Assembly (NCBI GenBank): GCA_016935335.1
Contig: JAFGRE010000129.1
Span: 3,403-67,402 of the forward strand
Direction of reading: 5' to 3'
DNA length: 64,000 nt
From: Deltaproteobacteria bacterium
GTDB lineage: Bacteria; Desulfobacterota; WTBG01; JAGOGO01
Of this stretch, positions 20,947 to 31,229 are shown piece after piece (position 1 is the first letter of the stretch; every line of letters begins with the position of its first letter). The notes below the pieces were generated by a model, which searched no databases, had not been told where the DNA came from, and was given only the letters and a program-made list of their open reading frames with translations. The position numbers and the translations under genes are program-made.

Positions 20947-21474
20947 ATGGAACGTAAAATCCTCACAATTCTCTATACGAAGAAGACTATTCAAGAGCGA
21001 GTATCAGCTCTGGCCGAGGAGATTTATCATGATTATCATCCTCGAGAATTGCTGTTGGTGGGTGTATTGAAAGGGGCATTTATTTTTCTTGCCGATCTTG
21101 CGCGGGCCTTAACATTGCCGGTTAGCGTTGATTTCGTCAGGGTATCCAGCTATGGGTCGCTAACCGTCTCTTCGGGAATGGTGAATATCCTTAAGGACGT
21201 AGAAACGCCCTTGACCGGTAAAGACGTCATTATTGTAGAGGATATCATTGATACCGGATTCACCACCGCATTTCTAAAGAATGAATTTTCTAAACGAAAG
21301 CCCCGATCTTTGAAAATTTGTACCCTGTTAGATAAGCGCTTACGAAGAAGGGTCGACCTTGACGCAGATTACGTCGGGATCACCATGGATGAGGACCACT
21401 TTGTCGTGGGGTATGGCCTTGACTGTGCGGAAAAGTACCGCTCACTTTCTGATATCTACTTCATTGAGTCTTAA
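20947..21474 (+). CDS. hpt: Hypoxanthine phosphoribosyltransferase
   Basis: PRPP-binding motif VIIVEDIIDTGFT; start placed at the internal ATG at 20947 (MERKIL) rather than the ORF-track start at 20884. Confidence 0.85.
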   Translation: MERKILTILYTKKTIQERVSALAEEIYHDYHPRELLLVGVLKGAFIFLADLARALTLPVSVDFVRVSSYGSLTVSSGMVNILKDVETPLTGKDVIIVEDIIDTGFTTAFLKNEFSKRKPRSLKICTLLDKRLRRRVDLDADYVGITMDEDHFVVGYGLDCAEKYRSLSDIYFIES

Positions 21475-21594
21475 GACATCTCGGAATCGTTCCCGCCCAG
21501 TGATGAGCTTAGGAAATGAATTCTCCCCTTGGATTACCTGATAGCGACTTCAAAAAGGAAAAAATGAAAAATTTCATCAAAATGCTCAGACCTT

Positions 21595-22653
21595 ATGGTG
21601 GGAAGCCTCGGTTTCAACCTGCCGCACCTCTTGCTTAGATTAACCATGCTGGACCTGAAGCGAATCAAATGGACCATCGTGTTTCTGTGTACAGTTTTCA
21701 TTACTGGAATCGGCGGCTACATGCTTATCGAGAGCTGGCCGTTTATCGACGCCCTTTACATGGTGGTTATTACCCTCGCAACCGTGGGATACGGCGAGAC
21801 CCATAACTTGTCGTTCGAGGGTCGCATCTTTACAATACTTCTTATCGTGGTATGGGCGGCTATCGGCGTTTACGCGGTGGGAAACATAATCCAACCCATT
21901 ATCGAAGGTGGGATCAGAAAGGCGTTGGGGAGAAGAAAATTGGAAAAAGAAATAAAGGCATTAAAGAATCATTACATTGTTTGCGGATTCGGCAGAATGG
22001 GCAGTTATGTCACGCGCGAGTTGCAGGATCGGGGGGTTCCCTGCGTGGCTATCGAAAAAGATGAAGCACTCCTTGATAAGCTGGAAAGGGAAGCTCATCT
22101 TTATATTTGCGGAGATGCCACTGAGGATGAAATAATTCTTAAGGCAGGCGTTCAACAGGCACGCGGACTAATCGGCCTCTTGAGTTCCGATGCTGATAAT
22201 GTCTACCTTATCCTAACCGCACGAGAACTGAACCCGAATCTCTTCATTATCGCTCGAAGCACCGGGGATGCTTCGGAATCCAGGTTGCAACGGGCCGGAG
22301 CAAATAAAGTCATTTGTCCCTACCAGATGGGGGCCATCAGAATGGTGCAGGCAATTCTTCGTCCTGCGGTGGTTGATTTTATGGAAATCGCGATCCACGG
22401 AAAAAGCAAGGAGCTGCAACTGGAAGAACTTACCGTTCACCATGATTCCAGCCTGATCGGGGCCAGCCTGAAGGAAGCGGACGTGCGTAAGAACTGGGAT
22501 GTAATCATTGTCGCAATAAAAGATGCCTCAGGCAGGATGGTGTTTAAACCTTCGTCAGAAACTTGTATCACCGCAGGAGAAACGCTGATTACTCTGGGAG
22601 AAACAAAAGACCTCATGAGATTCGCGAGGGTCCTGCACCCTTCGTCACACTAA
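21595..22653 (+). CDS. Potassium channel with RCK (TrkA-N/TrkA-C) regulatory domains
   Basis: 352 aa; pore selectivity filter TVGYGE; Rossmann-type TrkA-N (IVCGFGRMG) and TrkA-C domains. An alternative start at 21646 is possible. Confidence 0.8.
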   Translation: MVGSLGFNLPHLLLRLTMLDLKRIKWTIVFLCTVFITGIGGYMLIESWPFIDALYMVVITLATVGYGETHNLSFEGRIFTILLIVVWAAIGVYAVGNIIQPIIEGGIRKALGRRKLEKEIKALKNHYIVCGFGRMGSYVTRELQDRGVPCVAIEKDEALLDKLEREAHLYICGDATEDEIILKAGVQQARGLIGLLSSDADNVYLILTARELNPNLFIIARSTGDASESRLQRAGANKVICPYQMGAIRMVQAILRPAVVDFMEIAIHGKSKELQLEELTVHHDSSLIGASLKEADVRKNWDVIIVAIKDASGRMVFKPSSETCITAGETLITLGETKDLMRFARVLHPSSH

Positions 22654-22686
22654 GATCAAACAAAAACGATCCACCCCAAAATTAGT

Positions 22687-23343
22687 CTATTTTTTTGATT
22701 TTTCTCGTATTTTCCCCGGGTGGACAAGCAATCCTTGGATGAAGATGTCGCTTATATGCTTAGCTGAATCTTCGGGAGGGTACTTCTTGCTGGTAGAGAA
22801 TATCCAGTAACGAGCCATCTCGTCCAGGGCCCCAAAAAAGGACCTCTTAATAATTCCCGGGGGAACATCTTGTCTAAATATTCCCATATTTTGACCATCC
22901 CTGACGATGGTCTTTACCAAGTTAAGATACTCCTTAAAAATTGTATTCACGTACTGTCTCATAAATTTCGTGCTCTGCCGCAGCTCTACCTGAATAACCT
23001 CGGCAAGATTACGGTTTCTGAGGATCATATTGAGGTGGTTATGGGCGAAGATCCTCATTCGGGCAACGGGATCCTCGGTCTTATTGAGTTCTTCCTGCAT
23101 CGCTTTGCATACATTTCCAATCTTTTCCTCAAACAGAGATATGAGAATGTCATCCTTGTTTTTGAAGTATAAATAAATAGTTCCGTCAGCTACGTTCGCT
23201 TCTTTGGCGATTTCGGAGATCCGGGTGTTATAGAACCCCTTCTCTGCGAAGACTTTGAGAGCAGCATTGATAATTCGCGTGTGCTTATCCGGGCTCCGAG
23301 GTACTTTTTTTCTGTCTTTAGACAGGCTCTCTTTTTGAAGCAT
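22687..23343 (-). CDS. TetR/AcrR family transcriptional regulator
   Basis: 218 aa; N-terminal TetR helix-turn-helix (RIINAALKVFAEKGFYNTRISEIAKEANVADGTIYLYF). Confidence 0.85.
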   Translation of the reverse strand: MLQKESLSKDRKKVPRSPDKHTRIINAALKVFAEKGFYNTRISEIAKEANVADGTIYLYFKNKDDILISLFEEKIGNVCKAMQEELNKTEDPVARMRIFAHNHLNMILRNRNLAEVIQVELRQSTKFMRQYVNTIFKEYLNLVKTIVRDGQNMGIFRQDVPPGIIKRSFFGALDEMARYWIFSTSKKYPPEDSAKHISDIFIQGLLVHPGKIREKSKK

Positions 23344-23503
23344 TCTCCTTTATCCCCTGCGCTGAAATATGAATGAAGATTCATTCACAAATTGCCACTG
23401 ATAATCTATTCTGTCAAGAACTTTTAACTGCTTTAGAAACCAGTCAATCGGAGCTACACAAACACGAACTGGGGATTGGGGTTTCCCTGAGGAGGGGAGA
23501 GGT

Positions 23504-24409
23504 TCAGTAGTGATCTTCGATGAAATGAATCAAGCGTGTTAGGGTGCGGTTAATGGGCGTAAGCCCCTTCTCTTCTTTAGCAATAAATCCATTGATAAAA
23601 TCGACTTCGGTTTTTTTCCCTTTCGTAAGATCCTGAAGCATAGAGGAAATATTGTCTGCTGTTGCCACACAGACGGAATCAACCTTGTTACGGTAGTCTG
23701 CGTACACGAGACTAATTCCCTTCCCGGCAGCAATTTCCATGCCCTCATCTACGGTGCGGTGCATTATATTCCGAGTTTCCTCAAAATCAAGCAACTGCCC
23801 GTTTCGTAGGCCGGTGATCGCGGTCAAAGGGTTAATGCCCGCGTTGACGAGCAATTTGCTCCAAAGGATGCCGGTGACATCGTTAGTAGTTTGAACGATG
23901 ATGCCGGCTGATTCAAAAAGTCGTCGTATCGTATCCAGACGGACAGTTCTTCGGCCGTCCAACTCTCCGATGAGCGTCTCTCCCTCGCCAGCGTGCCGGA
24001 TATGACCTAACCCGAGACTCGTGGCGCCGTGAGCGGTTGTCCCGGCAATCACCTGTTTCTTGGCTACTACTTCTGTAATTCTTTCGACATTCCCGATGCC
24101 GTTTTGAAGCGTCAGAAGCACCGATTCGCGACCGACCAAAGATTTTACGTCATGAATAGCCTGGGATGTGCTATATGATTTCACAAAAATGATAATCAAG
24201 TCTGCCCACTCGATTTCGCTGCAATCATTTGTTGCCGAAATGGGAACACGATGGGTGCCGCTCGCTCCCTCTACTCGGATTCCCTTTCTCTGGATATGGG
24301 CGATCAACTCTTTGTCGGTATCGAAAAGCCAGACGTCCTTTCCAACCCGACGGAGAAAAAAGCCGAAGAGGCAACCCATTGCCCCGGCTCCCACAATAAC
24401 GGTCCGCAT
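23504..24409 (-). CDS. panE: 2-dehydropantoate 2-reductase (ketopantoate reductase)
   Basis: Rossmann motif MRTVIVGAGAMG at the chosen start (ATG at 24409); ApbA/PanE C-terminal domain. The longer ORF-track start would overlap the next gene by 60 nt and is rejected. Confidence 0.75.
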   Translation of the reverse strand: MRTVIVGAGAMGCLFGFFLRRVGKDVWLFDTDKELIAHIQRKGIRVEGASGTHRVPISATNDCSEIEWADLIIIFVKSYSTSQAIHDVKSLVGRESVLLTLQNGIGNVERITEVVAKKQVIAGTTAHGATSLGLGHIRHAGEGETLIGELDGRRTVRLDTIRRLFESAGIIVQTTNDVTGILWSKLLVNAGINPLTAITGLRNGQLLDFEETRNIMHRTVDEGMEIAAGKGISLVYADYRNKVDSVCVATADNISSMLQDLTKGKKTEVDFINGFIAKEEKGLTPINRTLTRLIHFIEDHY

Positions 24410-24438
24410 GCTCCCCACCGTCTTCTTTGGAAATTTTA

Positions 24439-25200
24439 TCATCGTATGCGTTCTTTGATTATTTTGACCGCTGCATAAACATCTTTGCAGTGTTCCCAAA
24501 GACAGTATTTTCGTTGGTCCGCCTCGATGACTTTTTCATTGTAAGCTAAAAATCCGAGGATATCAAAATCAGGAAGATGTTCCCTGATAAACTCCTCTTC
24601 TTCAGCGTTTCTTATCCTGTTGCCGACCACATACGTCCTTGGAATTCCGATGCCTTCAGCAAGAAACCGAATCCGCCGAGCAGTCTCAATACTCCGCCTT
24701 CCCGGCTCCACAAGAATAATAAATGCGTCCACCGCCTGCGCGGTCGCTCTTCCCAAGTGTTCTATTCCCGCCTCCATATCGATTACGATGACTTCCATCC
24801 GATGGAGAATGAGGTGTTGAATAAGGGTACGTAAAAAAACACTTTCGGGACAAACGCATCCCCCCCCACCTTTATTGACTCCTCCCATGACCATTAGCCG
24901 AATACCGTTGTGTTCAACCCACAGTTTTTCGGGAAGATCATCCACCGTCGGATTAAGCTTGAAGATGGAACCATATGCTCCTGGTTGGACGCCGGTTCTC
25001 TCTCCGATCAGTTTGACCATATGGGAAATAGGCGTGATTGGCTCAGAATCAGGAAATCGCAGGGTTGCCGCAAGATTCGCATCCGGGTCGGCATCAACAG
25101 CCAGAACCGTATAGCCTGAATCGTGATATGCTTTTGCGAGGAGAGCAGAAAATGTGGTTTTACCGACCCCCCCTTTTCCGGTTACAGCGATCTTCACCAA
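24439..25200 (-). CDS. cooC: CooC-type Ni-insertion ATPase (CO dehydrogenase maturation factor, MinD/ParA superfamily)
   Basis: 253 aa; deviant Walker A GKGGVGKTT; CxC motif (GGGCVCPE) typical of CooC/AcsF. Confidence 0.75.
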   Translation of the reverse strand: MVKIAVTGKGGVGKTTFSALLAKAYHDSGYTVLAVDADPDANLAATLRFPDSEPITPISHMVKLIGERTGVQPGAYGSIFKLNPTVDDLPEKLWVEHNGIRLMVMGGVNKGGGGCVCPESVFLRTLIQHLILHRMEVIVIDMEAGIEHLGRATAQAVDAFIILVEPGRRSIETARRIRFLAEGIGIPRTYVVGNRIRNAEEEEFIREHLPDFDILGFLAYNEKVIEADQRKYCLWEHCKDVYAAVKIIKERIR

Positions 25201-25307
25201 AGGTCCTTTTCAGTCTTTCCTTCCGAAAAGTAGTCACTTTCTATTAAAACGGTCGCCCCCGCCTTTCCAATCACTGATTTCCATCATCCGTTTTTCCCCA
25301 CGAAAGG

Positions 25308-26453
25308 CTATCTCCTACTTATCCTTCCCACCGCCTCAATCAGTGCCCGCATTTCTTCGGGGGTGTTAAAATATCCGGGACTTACCCGCACGGTTCCCTC
25401 AGGAAATGTCCCGATGGCCTTGTGGGCTCCGGGAGCACAATGAAGCCCGGTCCGCACCTGGATATCAAAGGCATCATCCAAAATTGACCCCGCCTCATCA
25501 CAGTGAAGCCCCTCAATATTAAAAGAAACTACACTTGTTCTCTGCACCGAGGACGACGGCGGTCCGTAGAGACTTACCCCTGCGATCCCTTCCAATCCGT
25601 CCCAGAGTTCCTGGATAAGGTTATTTTCTTTGTGGGCGATCTGGTCAACTCCCTCGCGGAGAACAAATTCAACCCCCGCCCCTAGTCCCGCTATACCTAG
25701 CCCATTCAGGGTCCCGCTTTCAAACCGATCCGGCAGAATATCCGGCTGTTTCATTGAGTCAGACTGCCATCCGGTCCCTCCCTCGCGAACGGTTTCCATT
25801 TCTAATCCCTCGCGAATATAGAGGAAACCCGTTCCTTGGGGGCCAAGAAGTCCTTTATGCCCAGGACAAGCCAGCAAGTCGATATTCATGGCTTCCACAT
25901 CAACATCGAGCTTCCCGAGGGTCTGAGCTCCATCTACCATCAGAACGATCCCGTGTTCTCTCGCCAAGACACCAACCTTTTCAACGGGTAGCACATCTCC
26001 GGTAACATTAGAACCGTGAATGAGAACGATCATCCGCGTCTCCTTTCGGATCTCATCGGACAATGCATCCAGGTCGAGACCGCGAAGCGGATCGTAGCCT
26101 ATTTCGGTTACTGAGATGCCGGATTGACTGAGTTTGAAAAGAGGGCGGTTTATGGAATTATGTTCTATTGATGTAGTGATGACATGGTCACCCGGTTTCA
26201 AAATTCCCTTTAAGCCCAGATTGAGAGCCTCCGTACCATTGGAGGTGAAGACGATACGTGAAGGGATTCTAACATGACAGAGTTTGGCGATCGCCTGTCT
26301 TGCTTGATATACTGTTTCAAAAGCTCTTTGGGACCGTTGGTGAGCCGAGCGGCTCGGGTTTCCCCCGATGTTTCTCATGAAGCAATCGACCGCCGCATAA
26401 ACCGATTCCGGCTTAGGGTACGAGGTGGCAGCATTATCAAGATAGATGGTCAT
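25308..26453 (-). CDS. Aminotransferase class V (cysteine desulfurase-like PLP enzyme)
   Basis: 381 aa; N-terminal YLDNAATS; PLP lysine region HKGLLGPQGTGFLY; HCAPGAHKA near the C-terminus. Confidence 0.75.
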   Translation of the reverse strand: MTIYLDNAATSYPKPESVYAAVDCFMRNIGGNPSRSAHQRSQRAFETVYQARQAIAKLCHVRIPSRIVFTSNGTEALNLGLKGILKPGDHVITTSIEHNSINRPLFKLSQSGISVTEIGYDPLRGLDLDALSDEIRKETRMIVLIHGSNVTGDVLPVEKVGVLAREHGIVLMVDGAQTLGKLDVDVEAMNIDLLACPGHKGLLGPQGTGFLYIREGLEMETVREGGTGWQSDSMKQPDILPDRFESGTLNGLGIAGLGAGVEFVLREGVDQIAHKENNLIQELWDGLEGIAGVSLYGPPSSSVQRTSVVSFNIEGLHCDEAGSILDDAFDIQVRTGLHCAPGAHKAIGTFPEGTVRVSPGYFNTPEEMRALIEAVGRISRR

Positions 26454-26575
26454 AGCAGTCTTGTTCTGCCTTACGTTTACCCCACAAGCTTACGTGGGAG
26501 TGGCCCTTTTAACATCGTCTTTCACTGGCCTTGGAAGGCTGTAGATCTGATTATGCCATAAAAGCGGCCGGAGTT

Positions 26576-27439
26576 TTAGCCCTTAATCCGTTCCGGGTGG
26601 GTGTAGACTACGAATTTATTGCCGCGGACGTCACCAATCACCGTAATGCCGATATCGTGAGCAAGAGTCAAGGCATGCTGCGTGGCAACGTTTCGGGAAA
26701 CAAGAATAGGGACTCTCATTTTCCCCGCTTTCAAAAGAACTTCGGAGGTAACCCTTCCGGTGGTGAGGAGGATTTTATCCTCGAGAGGAATAAGCTCCAA
26801 TACACAGGTGCCGTAGATCATATCCACCGCGTTGTGACGGCCGATATCGGATTCAAAGAGAATAACTTCTTCGAGAGTGGCCAACGCCGTGTTGTGGACT
26901 CCTCTACTTTTCTTATAAAGAACGGATTGCGCATTGATGCGAGACATCAAAAGAAAAATCTGGTCGGAAGCAACAGAAAGAGGAGATTCAATTCGATGGG
27001 TAAGCAATGAATCTATGGCGTGGTAAAAGATCGTCCCCTTTCCACATCCTGAGGTGATAATCCTTTTAAACAGGAGACTCTTCTCCATCGCCGGATCACT
27101 GGTAACGGTTACCTTAACAAGCCCTTTTTGATCGTCAACAACAATATCTTCAATATCCTCCCGTTTAGCAATTAACCCCTCAAACGCCAGGAATCCCACT
27201 GCCAGGGCCTTCAGATGAGTTCCCGTGCAAAGAAGCGTGACTATCTCCTTATTATTGAGAAAAATCGTAACCGGCATTTCCCGAACAACCGAAAGGGTTT
27301 GATCAGACCACTTTCCGCCGGATATCTTCCTTACCCTTATTTTGTTCAAAAGATCTGTAGTTGGCTCGTCCGTCGGTTTATTTATCGTCATGACTGGTCT
27401 ATTATCAGCTGTTTTGCTGTTTATTCCCACAATACGCAA
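26576..27439 (-). CDS. fdhD: Formate dehydrogenase accessory sulfurtransferase FdhD
   Basis: 287 aa; FdhD/NarQ fold with conserved SGCGKG loop. Confidence 0.85.
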   Translation of the reverse strand: MRIVGINSKTADNRPVMTINKPTDEPTTDLLNKIRVRKISGGKWSDQTLSVVREMPVTIFLNNKEIVTLLCTGTHLKALAVGFLAFEGLIAKREDIEDIVVDDQKGLVKVTVTSDPAMEKSLLFKRIITSGCGKGTIFYHAIDSLLTHRIESPLSVASDQIFLLMSRINAQSVLYKKSRGVHNTALATLEEVILFESDIGRHNAVDMIYGTCVLELIPLEDKILLTTGRVTSEVLLKAGKMRVPILVSRNVATQHALTLAHDIGITVIGDVRGNKFVVYTHPERIKG

Positions 27440-27865
27440 GGAGCGTTCCCATCGCCGATGGTTTCACACAAGAGTCTCGGCTGACTGTTAAGAATTATTC
27501 GCCTACCGGGAAATGTTCCCGTGCCCCGGAATCCAAAAAGGAAACCTCCCTCCAGAAGCCAAAAATGCAATAGTCCATATCAAATTTGGTGCATGAAAGC
27601 AAGGCAAACCGTACCGAGCATTGATGGATAAGGAGTTATCAGCCCGCCTGGTGCCGCCTTCTAATAGAAATGGAATCCGCCAAGACCTCTGGATCCGGAT
27701 CAAAAAATATCCTGTGAGGTTACAAGATGATTGGAGCCCTCACATTTACCATGCCGGGCTACTATCCCGTCCTTTGCCTTCGCCGCACAGCGAAAGCGGC
27801 GGGAGTTTCCTCCCCCGGTTTTTCTTTGCCCGAAATTATGACGCCGCTACGGTATAATACCGGAA

Positions 27866-28303
27866 CTAGTTATTGTTCCTTGCCCCTCCGCAGCATACGA
27901 TAAGAGCAAAAATATTGTCCTTCTGGAAAAAACGTTGTTCTATACTGTAACTCTCCTTGGGAACTAAATCCACTACAACCCTTATTTTCGGGACGGGGGA
28001 CGCATGTTTGCCAATCCGGATACGCTGGATTAGTTCTCCCCCGATTTCTATCACCTCACCAACAGTATCACCGAGCTGGGCATTGATGAGGTCACAGACA
28101 ACACGAGGTTTATCTCTCTGGAGAGCAAAAATCTCGGGCGGCTGAAAGGCATTTAAAAAAAGAAATACCTGCTCTTTGTTTTCTGAAGTTTTTCCAAAAT
28201 GAACGGCCTTCAATACCAGATCGGCGCCGGCTGATGCAGAGGGATAGAAAGCTGACAGAAAAAATAAATACGATATCACCACTGTGCGAAGGAAGATTTT
28301 CAC
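27866..28303 (-). CDS. Secreted AMIN-domain protein
   Basis: 145 aa; signal peptide; AMIN-like beta domain (RVVCDL ... IRVVVDL pattern). Confidence 0.5.
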   Translation of the reverse strand: MKIFLRTVVISYLFFLSAFYPSASAGADLVLKAVHFGKTSENKEQVFLFLNAFQPPEIFALQRDKPRVVCDLINAQLGDTVGEVIEIGGELIQRIRIGKHASPVPKIRVVVDLVPKESYSIEQRFFQKDNIFALIVCCGGARNNN

Positions 28304-28485
28304 TCGTGGCGCTCCGTTATGGTGTCCGCTGATTTATCATACCTTCATTCATACCCGTTTTCACCTGACGCTCGTGAAATTTCCTCTGTCAGGAGAAAAG
28401 GGTAATGGTGCGATACCTATTCGGATAATCCTCTTAGTAGACCCCTCCCCTAAACAAGAACCAGCCTATCTTACAAGGAATCCTC

Positions 28486-29202
28486 CTAGATTCCAATGAG
28501 TCTTCTGATGTTTTCGGAAAGAACCAGCTCCTTTTTGTCATCTCCTATCGGCAAGGAGAGGATCTTTTCCTTTTCCCATTTCATGGTTCCGAACGGTATA
28601 TCGGAGCCGAACAGAATTCTTTTCGGTCCTATAGTATCGATAAACCGTTTTATCGTATGTGAACTTGCCAGAGACGTGTCAAAATAAACATTTTGAACAT
28701 CTCTAAACGTATCGAGAAATTCTAGGGGGTTCCCGCCCAACATTCCCATATGGGGAACAATCACTTTAAGATTTCTTGTCATCTCCATAAAGGTCTTAGT
28801 AAATATCAGTTCTTCTTCAAAAACAATGGGCAGATCGATCTCTTCTGATTCTTCGATAAATATTTTTAAGGAGGGATCTTCCAAGACATCATAGCAAGAA
28901 GAGCAGTCTTGAATCCCTCGTACCCAGTGCCACTTCCCGCCGAAAAACCCTTTACCCTTGGGGATGGGGCGCAGATCTTCGGGAATATAATAGTAAGGAA
29001 TGAACTGTTCGATGCAGCTCGCTTCTCCCAGAAGCACCTCGTTTATTCCCCTGTCCGCTATCGCCGCGGATGGAAAAGGGAAAACCACGATCTTTGTCAC
29101 TCCGCTTTGGTTCGCCTGTTCCAGAAGTTCTCTTGTGGTTGCGTTGACACCGAGAAGTGACAAAGAGTGGCCCCAATGAGTGTGAGAATCAATAATTTCC
29201 AT
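28486..29202 (-). CDS. Amidohydrolase-family TIM-barrel metal-dependent hydrolase
   Basis: 238 aa; N-terminal IDSHTHWGHS metal-binding motif. Confidence 0.7.
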   Translation of the reverse strand: MEIIDSHTHWGHSLSLLGVNATTRELLEQANQSGVTKIVVFPFPSAAIADRGINEVLLGEASCIEQFIPYYYIPEDLRPIPKGKGFFGGKWHWVRGIQDCSSCYDVLEDPSLKIFIEESEEIDLPIVFEEELIFTKTFMEMTRNLKVIVPHMGMLGGNPLEFLDTFRDVQNVYFDTSLASSHTIKRFIDTIGPKRILFGSDIPFGTMKWEKEKILSLPIGDDKKELVLSENIRRLIGI

Positions 29203-29457
29203 TATTACCTTTCGGAGTTTCCAAAAAAGTAAGCTTTCTTCCTTCTTCCTCGCAGACTATTTTATTATAATAAGACGGTAAAAAAACCGCAATGATAATG
29301 CCACGTTTCGAACCAAAGCCGTAAGGAGGAAAAAGACACTAAATAAATGGTTGCAACCTTTGAAAGCATGACTATATAGTAGACGAAAAATATCTGAATT
29401 TCCCCCTAGACAGCTCTATACGCGAGGTCGCTTATCACATTCTTTCAAGCCATATTT

Positions 29458-30258
29458 TTGGGACTACTGCAGGGTATTACTGAGTTTCTGCCGATCAGCA
29501 GTTCAGGGCATCTGGTATTAATGAAAAATCTCCTTGGCATGCATGAACCGGACCTTTTCTTTGACGTCATGGTTCATGTCGGTACCCTCATCCCAATAGT
29601 AACGGTCTTCCGGGAAGACCTCGGGAACATTTTCCGATCCCTTCTTCATCTCCCAAAAACCGTGGTCCAAGGGAATCTTGGTACCATACTCGCCACCAAT
29701 GCATGGGTAAGACTTATTGTGCTTATTGCTGTTGCTGTCGTGCCTGCTGCTCTTGTCGGATTTTTTTATAAAGACTTCTTTGAGCACCTCTTCTCCTCGG
29801 TATTTGCTGTTGGTATCAACCTCATTCTGACCGGAACATTGCTTTTACTAACCAAAGATATCGGCAGGCCGCGAAAGCAGATTGACAGGGTGACGTTTCT
29901 AGACGCCGTCATAATCGGCTTTTCCCAGGCGGCCGCAATCGCCCCGGGAATTTCTCGCTCCGGTGCCACTATTTCTACCGCTTTGTTTCTGGGGGTGAAC
30001 AGGGAGTTGGCAGGACGGTTTTCCTTTCTCATTTTCATCCCGGCAATCGTGGGAGCGGTGATACTCAACTTTAACCCGCCGGAAATGTATACAAGGCCCT
30101 ACCTCTACAATGTTGCGGGGGCTACGATAACTGCGGCCCTAACCGGCTATTGCGCGCTCAAGCTCTTGCTTCGGTTTGTTCAGCGGGGCAGACTTTTCGT
30201 ATTTTCTCCCTATTGTTTTCTCCTCGGGTTGGGTGCGATTGCCAGTACGTTTATCTGA
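29458..30258 (+). CDS. uppP: Undecaprenyl-diphosphatase (BacA/UppP)
   Basis: 266 aa; GITEFLPISSSGHL signature. The true start may lie a few codons upstream at a non-ATG codon. Confidence 0.85.
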   Translation: MGLLQGITEFLPISSSGHLVLMKNLLGMHEPDLFFDVMVHVGTLIPIVTVFREDLGNIFRSLLHLPKTVVQGNLGTILATNAWVRLIVLIAVAVVPAALVGFFYKDFFEHLFSSVFAVGINLILTGTLLLLTKDIGRPRKQIDRVTFLDAVIIGFSQAAAIAPGISRSGATISTALFLGVNRELAGRFSFLIFIPAIVGAVILNFNPPEMYTRPYLYNVAGATITAALTGYCALKLLLRFVQRGRLFVFSPYCFLLGLGAIASTFI

Positions 30259-30275
30259 CAGCCTTTCGATTCCGG

Positions 30276-30656
30276 CTAATTTTCCATTCTACCTCTTATC
30301 CACCCATGCAGAACACCAACGCTAATACCGACTGCAACGCCCAAAAAATTTGCTATTCCATCATAAAGAGAGGCGGTCCGCCCCGGTACGGCTGTCTGCA
30401 ATAGCTCCATAAAAAATCCGTATAGTGTCCCGACGCCTAAGCGAAGAGTTAATGCGAGAGACAGAGACGAGGAAGTCTTTGGCGGTCGCAAAAGAATCCC
30501 CAAGGGAACATAAAAAAGAAAGTGGATCACCTTGTCACCACCGGCCACCACGTCTGACGAAAAGCGACATGGCACCAGTGATCCGACCGCAAGAAGCACC
30601 AAATAAACGACTATAAGAATAGATGAGGTTCCCTTATTCATGAACGTCAGGCACAC
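30276..30656 (-). CDS. VanZ-like family membrane protein
   Basis: 126 aa; 4 transmembrane helices; VanZ-like pattern; convergent with uppP. Confidence 0.55.
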   Translation of the reverse strand: MCLTFMNKGTSSILIVVYLVLLAVGSLVPCRFSSDVVAGGDKVIHFLFYVPLGILLRPPKTSSSLSLALTLRLGVGTLYGFFMELLQTAVPGRTASLYDGIANFLGVAVGISVGVLHGWIRGRMEN

Positions 30657-30776
30657 TAACCGTGAATACTACTTCCCTCTCAGTCCATCCTTTCATGCAT
30701 AAAGAATAACTCAGAAGACATCGGGAAATAACCGCCACGGCTCCGCTTGCAGAAACCGAACAACTTTCTTTCGTGA

Positions 30777-31229
30777 TTACGGGGATGGCTGGTAGTGAAG
30801 GACCGTCAGATCTGACTCCTTGAGCATCCGCTCTGCTAAATAATCAGGATATCCTTCTTTGTAAATGACTTTGGTAATTCCGGCACTTATAATCATCTTC
30901 ATACAAATACTGCAAGGCATATTAGTGCAATAAAGGACCGATCCGTTAATACTCACCCCATGATAAGCAGCCTGAATAATCGTATTTTGTTCGGCATGAA
31001 GTCCTCGGCAAAGTTCATGCCGTTCACCGGACGGCACATTGGCTTGCTCCCGGAGACAGCCGGTTTCAAGACAATGGGTAAGTCCGGGTGGAGCCCCGTT
31101 ATAACCCGTGGCTAGAATTCGCTTGTTTTTTACCAGGATTGCCCCCACCTGTCGACGCTTGCACGTTGACCGTCGAGCCACCAGTTCCGTGATTCCCATA
31201 AAATACTCATCCCAGCTCGGTCGCGCCAT
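30777..31229 (-). CDS. dCMP deaminase (ComEB/CMP-dCMP deaminase family)
   Basis: 150 aa; zinc-binding HAEQNTI and PCSICMKMI motifs. Confidence 0.85.
   Translation of the reverse strand: MARPSWDEYFMGITELVARRSTCKRRQVGAILVKNKRILATGYNGAPPGLTHCLETGCLREQANVPSGERHELCRGLHAEQNTIIQAAYHGVSINGSVLYCTNMPCSICMKMIISAGITKVIYKEGYPDYLAERMLKESDLTVLHYQPSP

Noticed and set aside
21595-21645. Longer N-terminus of the potassium channel (start at 21595)
   Set aside because: Left as the ORF-track start. An internal ATG at 21646 (MLDLKRIK) directly precedes the first transmembrane helix and may be the true start. I cannot decide from sequence alone.
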